Below the pieces are notes generated by a model. The model did no database searches and was not told the origin of the DNA. It saw only the letters and a program-made list of their open reading frames with translations. DNA of 64,000 nt from Octopus sinensis (lineage: Eukaryota): positions 43,536,464 through 43,600,463 of the forward strand of contig NC_043011.1 in the NCBI RefSeq assembly GCF_006345805.1, in the 5' to 3' direction. Position 1 is the first letter of the stretch. Each line of letters begins with the position of its first letter. A program made the translations under genes and the position numbers. Shown here piece after piece: positions 62,983-64,000 of the stretch.

Positions 62983-63574
62983 AAATGCCCTGATGCAGTA
63001 AATGCCCTGATGCAGTAAATGCCCTGATGCAGTACCAGGCAGTGGCTCTCATGGCTTCTGATCTTAACTGATTGGAAGTGTTATCATGTAAATTGTTTTG
63101 TCTTGGTATAAAAGATGGGCTACAGCAAATATTCTGCTCAATACCACAGATTTGCTTGTCAGTTGTTTGACCTTAACCAGTTGAGCATGTCCCTTAGTGG
63201 CTGACGATATGTGCATCTCTGATCACGAGCAGAAGTAGTGGGGGAGCATCATAGCCATGTGTTGAGAGGGATTCTTTGGGGTTTGAATAGTTCACCTCTG
63301 GAAACATGGGTGGTTCTTTCAACATCCTTAAGCAACCCTTATTCAGGGACCGTTTGAGCGGGATGGGCTACTCAACCTGAAGAAAATTCTAACTGGGCCC
63401 CACCTGCAAGGTCATGTGCTGTTTATCTTGATATGAGATCACCATGTCGCGCACATATAGTTGTGATGCATGTGCCTGGTGTACCTTTATCAGACGGGTA
63501 GTCATGATGGGTATATTGGGCTTCGTATATTTTACCCCAGTGTCACTTTGATGGCATGAACTGCTCTCTCACGC
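62983..63574 (-). mobile_element. Element D copy with triplicated terminal 17-mer
   Basis: Reverse complement of 16191-16748; (AAT)n on both sides; AAATGCCCTGATGCAGT x3 at 62983-63033. Confidence 0.88.
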
Positions 63575-63642
<68 letters not shown>

Positions 63643-64000
63643 GTTCTTTTATTGGTCACGATGGCCCAAGACATGGAGGGCTATATAGATCGACGAATTA
63701 CAGCGCACATAAACAAAAATTACAAAAACAAAAAAATACAAAAACCGGTGGGGGTTGGTTTACATCGACCAAAGGGAGATACTATAACAGAGGATATAGA
63801 AAAGAAATAAGAGTAATAAATAAATAAATAAATAGAACCACCCCCACAAAACGGACGTTAATTGATGATCTACATATGCACATGTCTGTGTGTGTATGTG
63901 TGTGAGCGTGTGTGTGTGAGCGACTGTGTGTGTACATACATACATACATATACAGATACATATCTATACAAACAGAAACGTAGGCATACTGTTTCGTGGT

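Overview
AT-rich, repeat-dense eukaryotic DNA with no intact protein-coding gene I can support. The SINE families and (TA)n/(ATT)n content suggest an octopus or other cephalopod genome (inference). The dominant feature is a 17.76-kb head-to-tail array (25825-43583) of 89 monomers of ~200 bp, each carrying one tRNA-Phe(GAA) gene: 88 full-length plus one internally deleted copy. The array shows higher-order repeat structure and sits inside an older Phe/Asn tRNA cluster that was duplicated in both direct and inverted orientation (16-24.5 kb and 43.6-46.3 kb). Two defective tRNA-Lys(CTT) genes lie further right. A ~10-kb composite satellite (50369-60508) contains a palindromic A/T-tract satellite, a 32-bp satellite, SINE-containing macro-repeats and a fold-back palindrome. 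It is bracketed by a ~760-bp direct duplication of an R4/Dong-like LINE end. The rest is microsatellites, three tRNA-derived SINE families, a ~550-bp microsatellite-embedded element, and decayed Tc1/mariner, Gypsy, L1/Tx1-like and R4/Dong-like fragments. All counts and alignments were made by eye.
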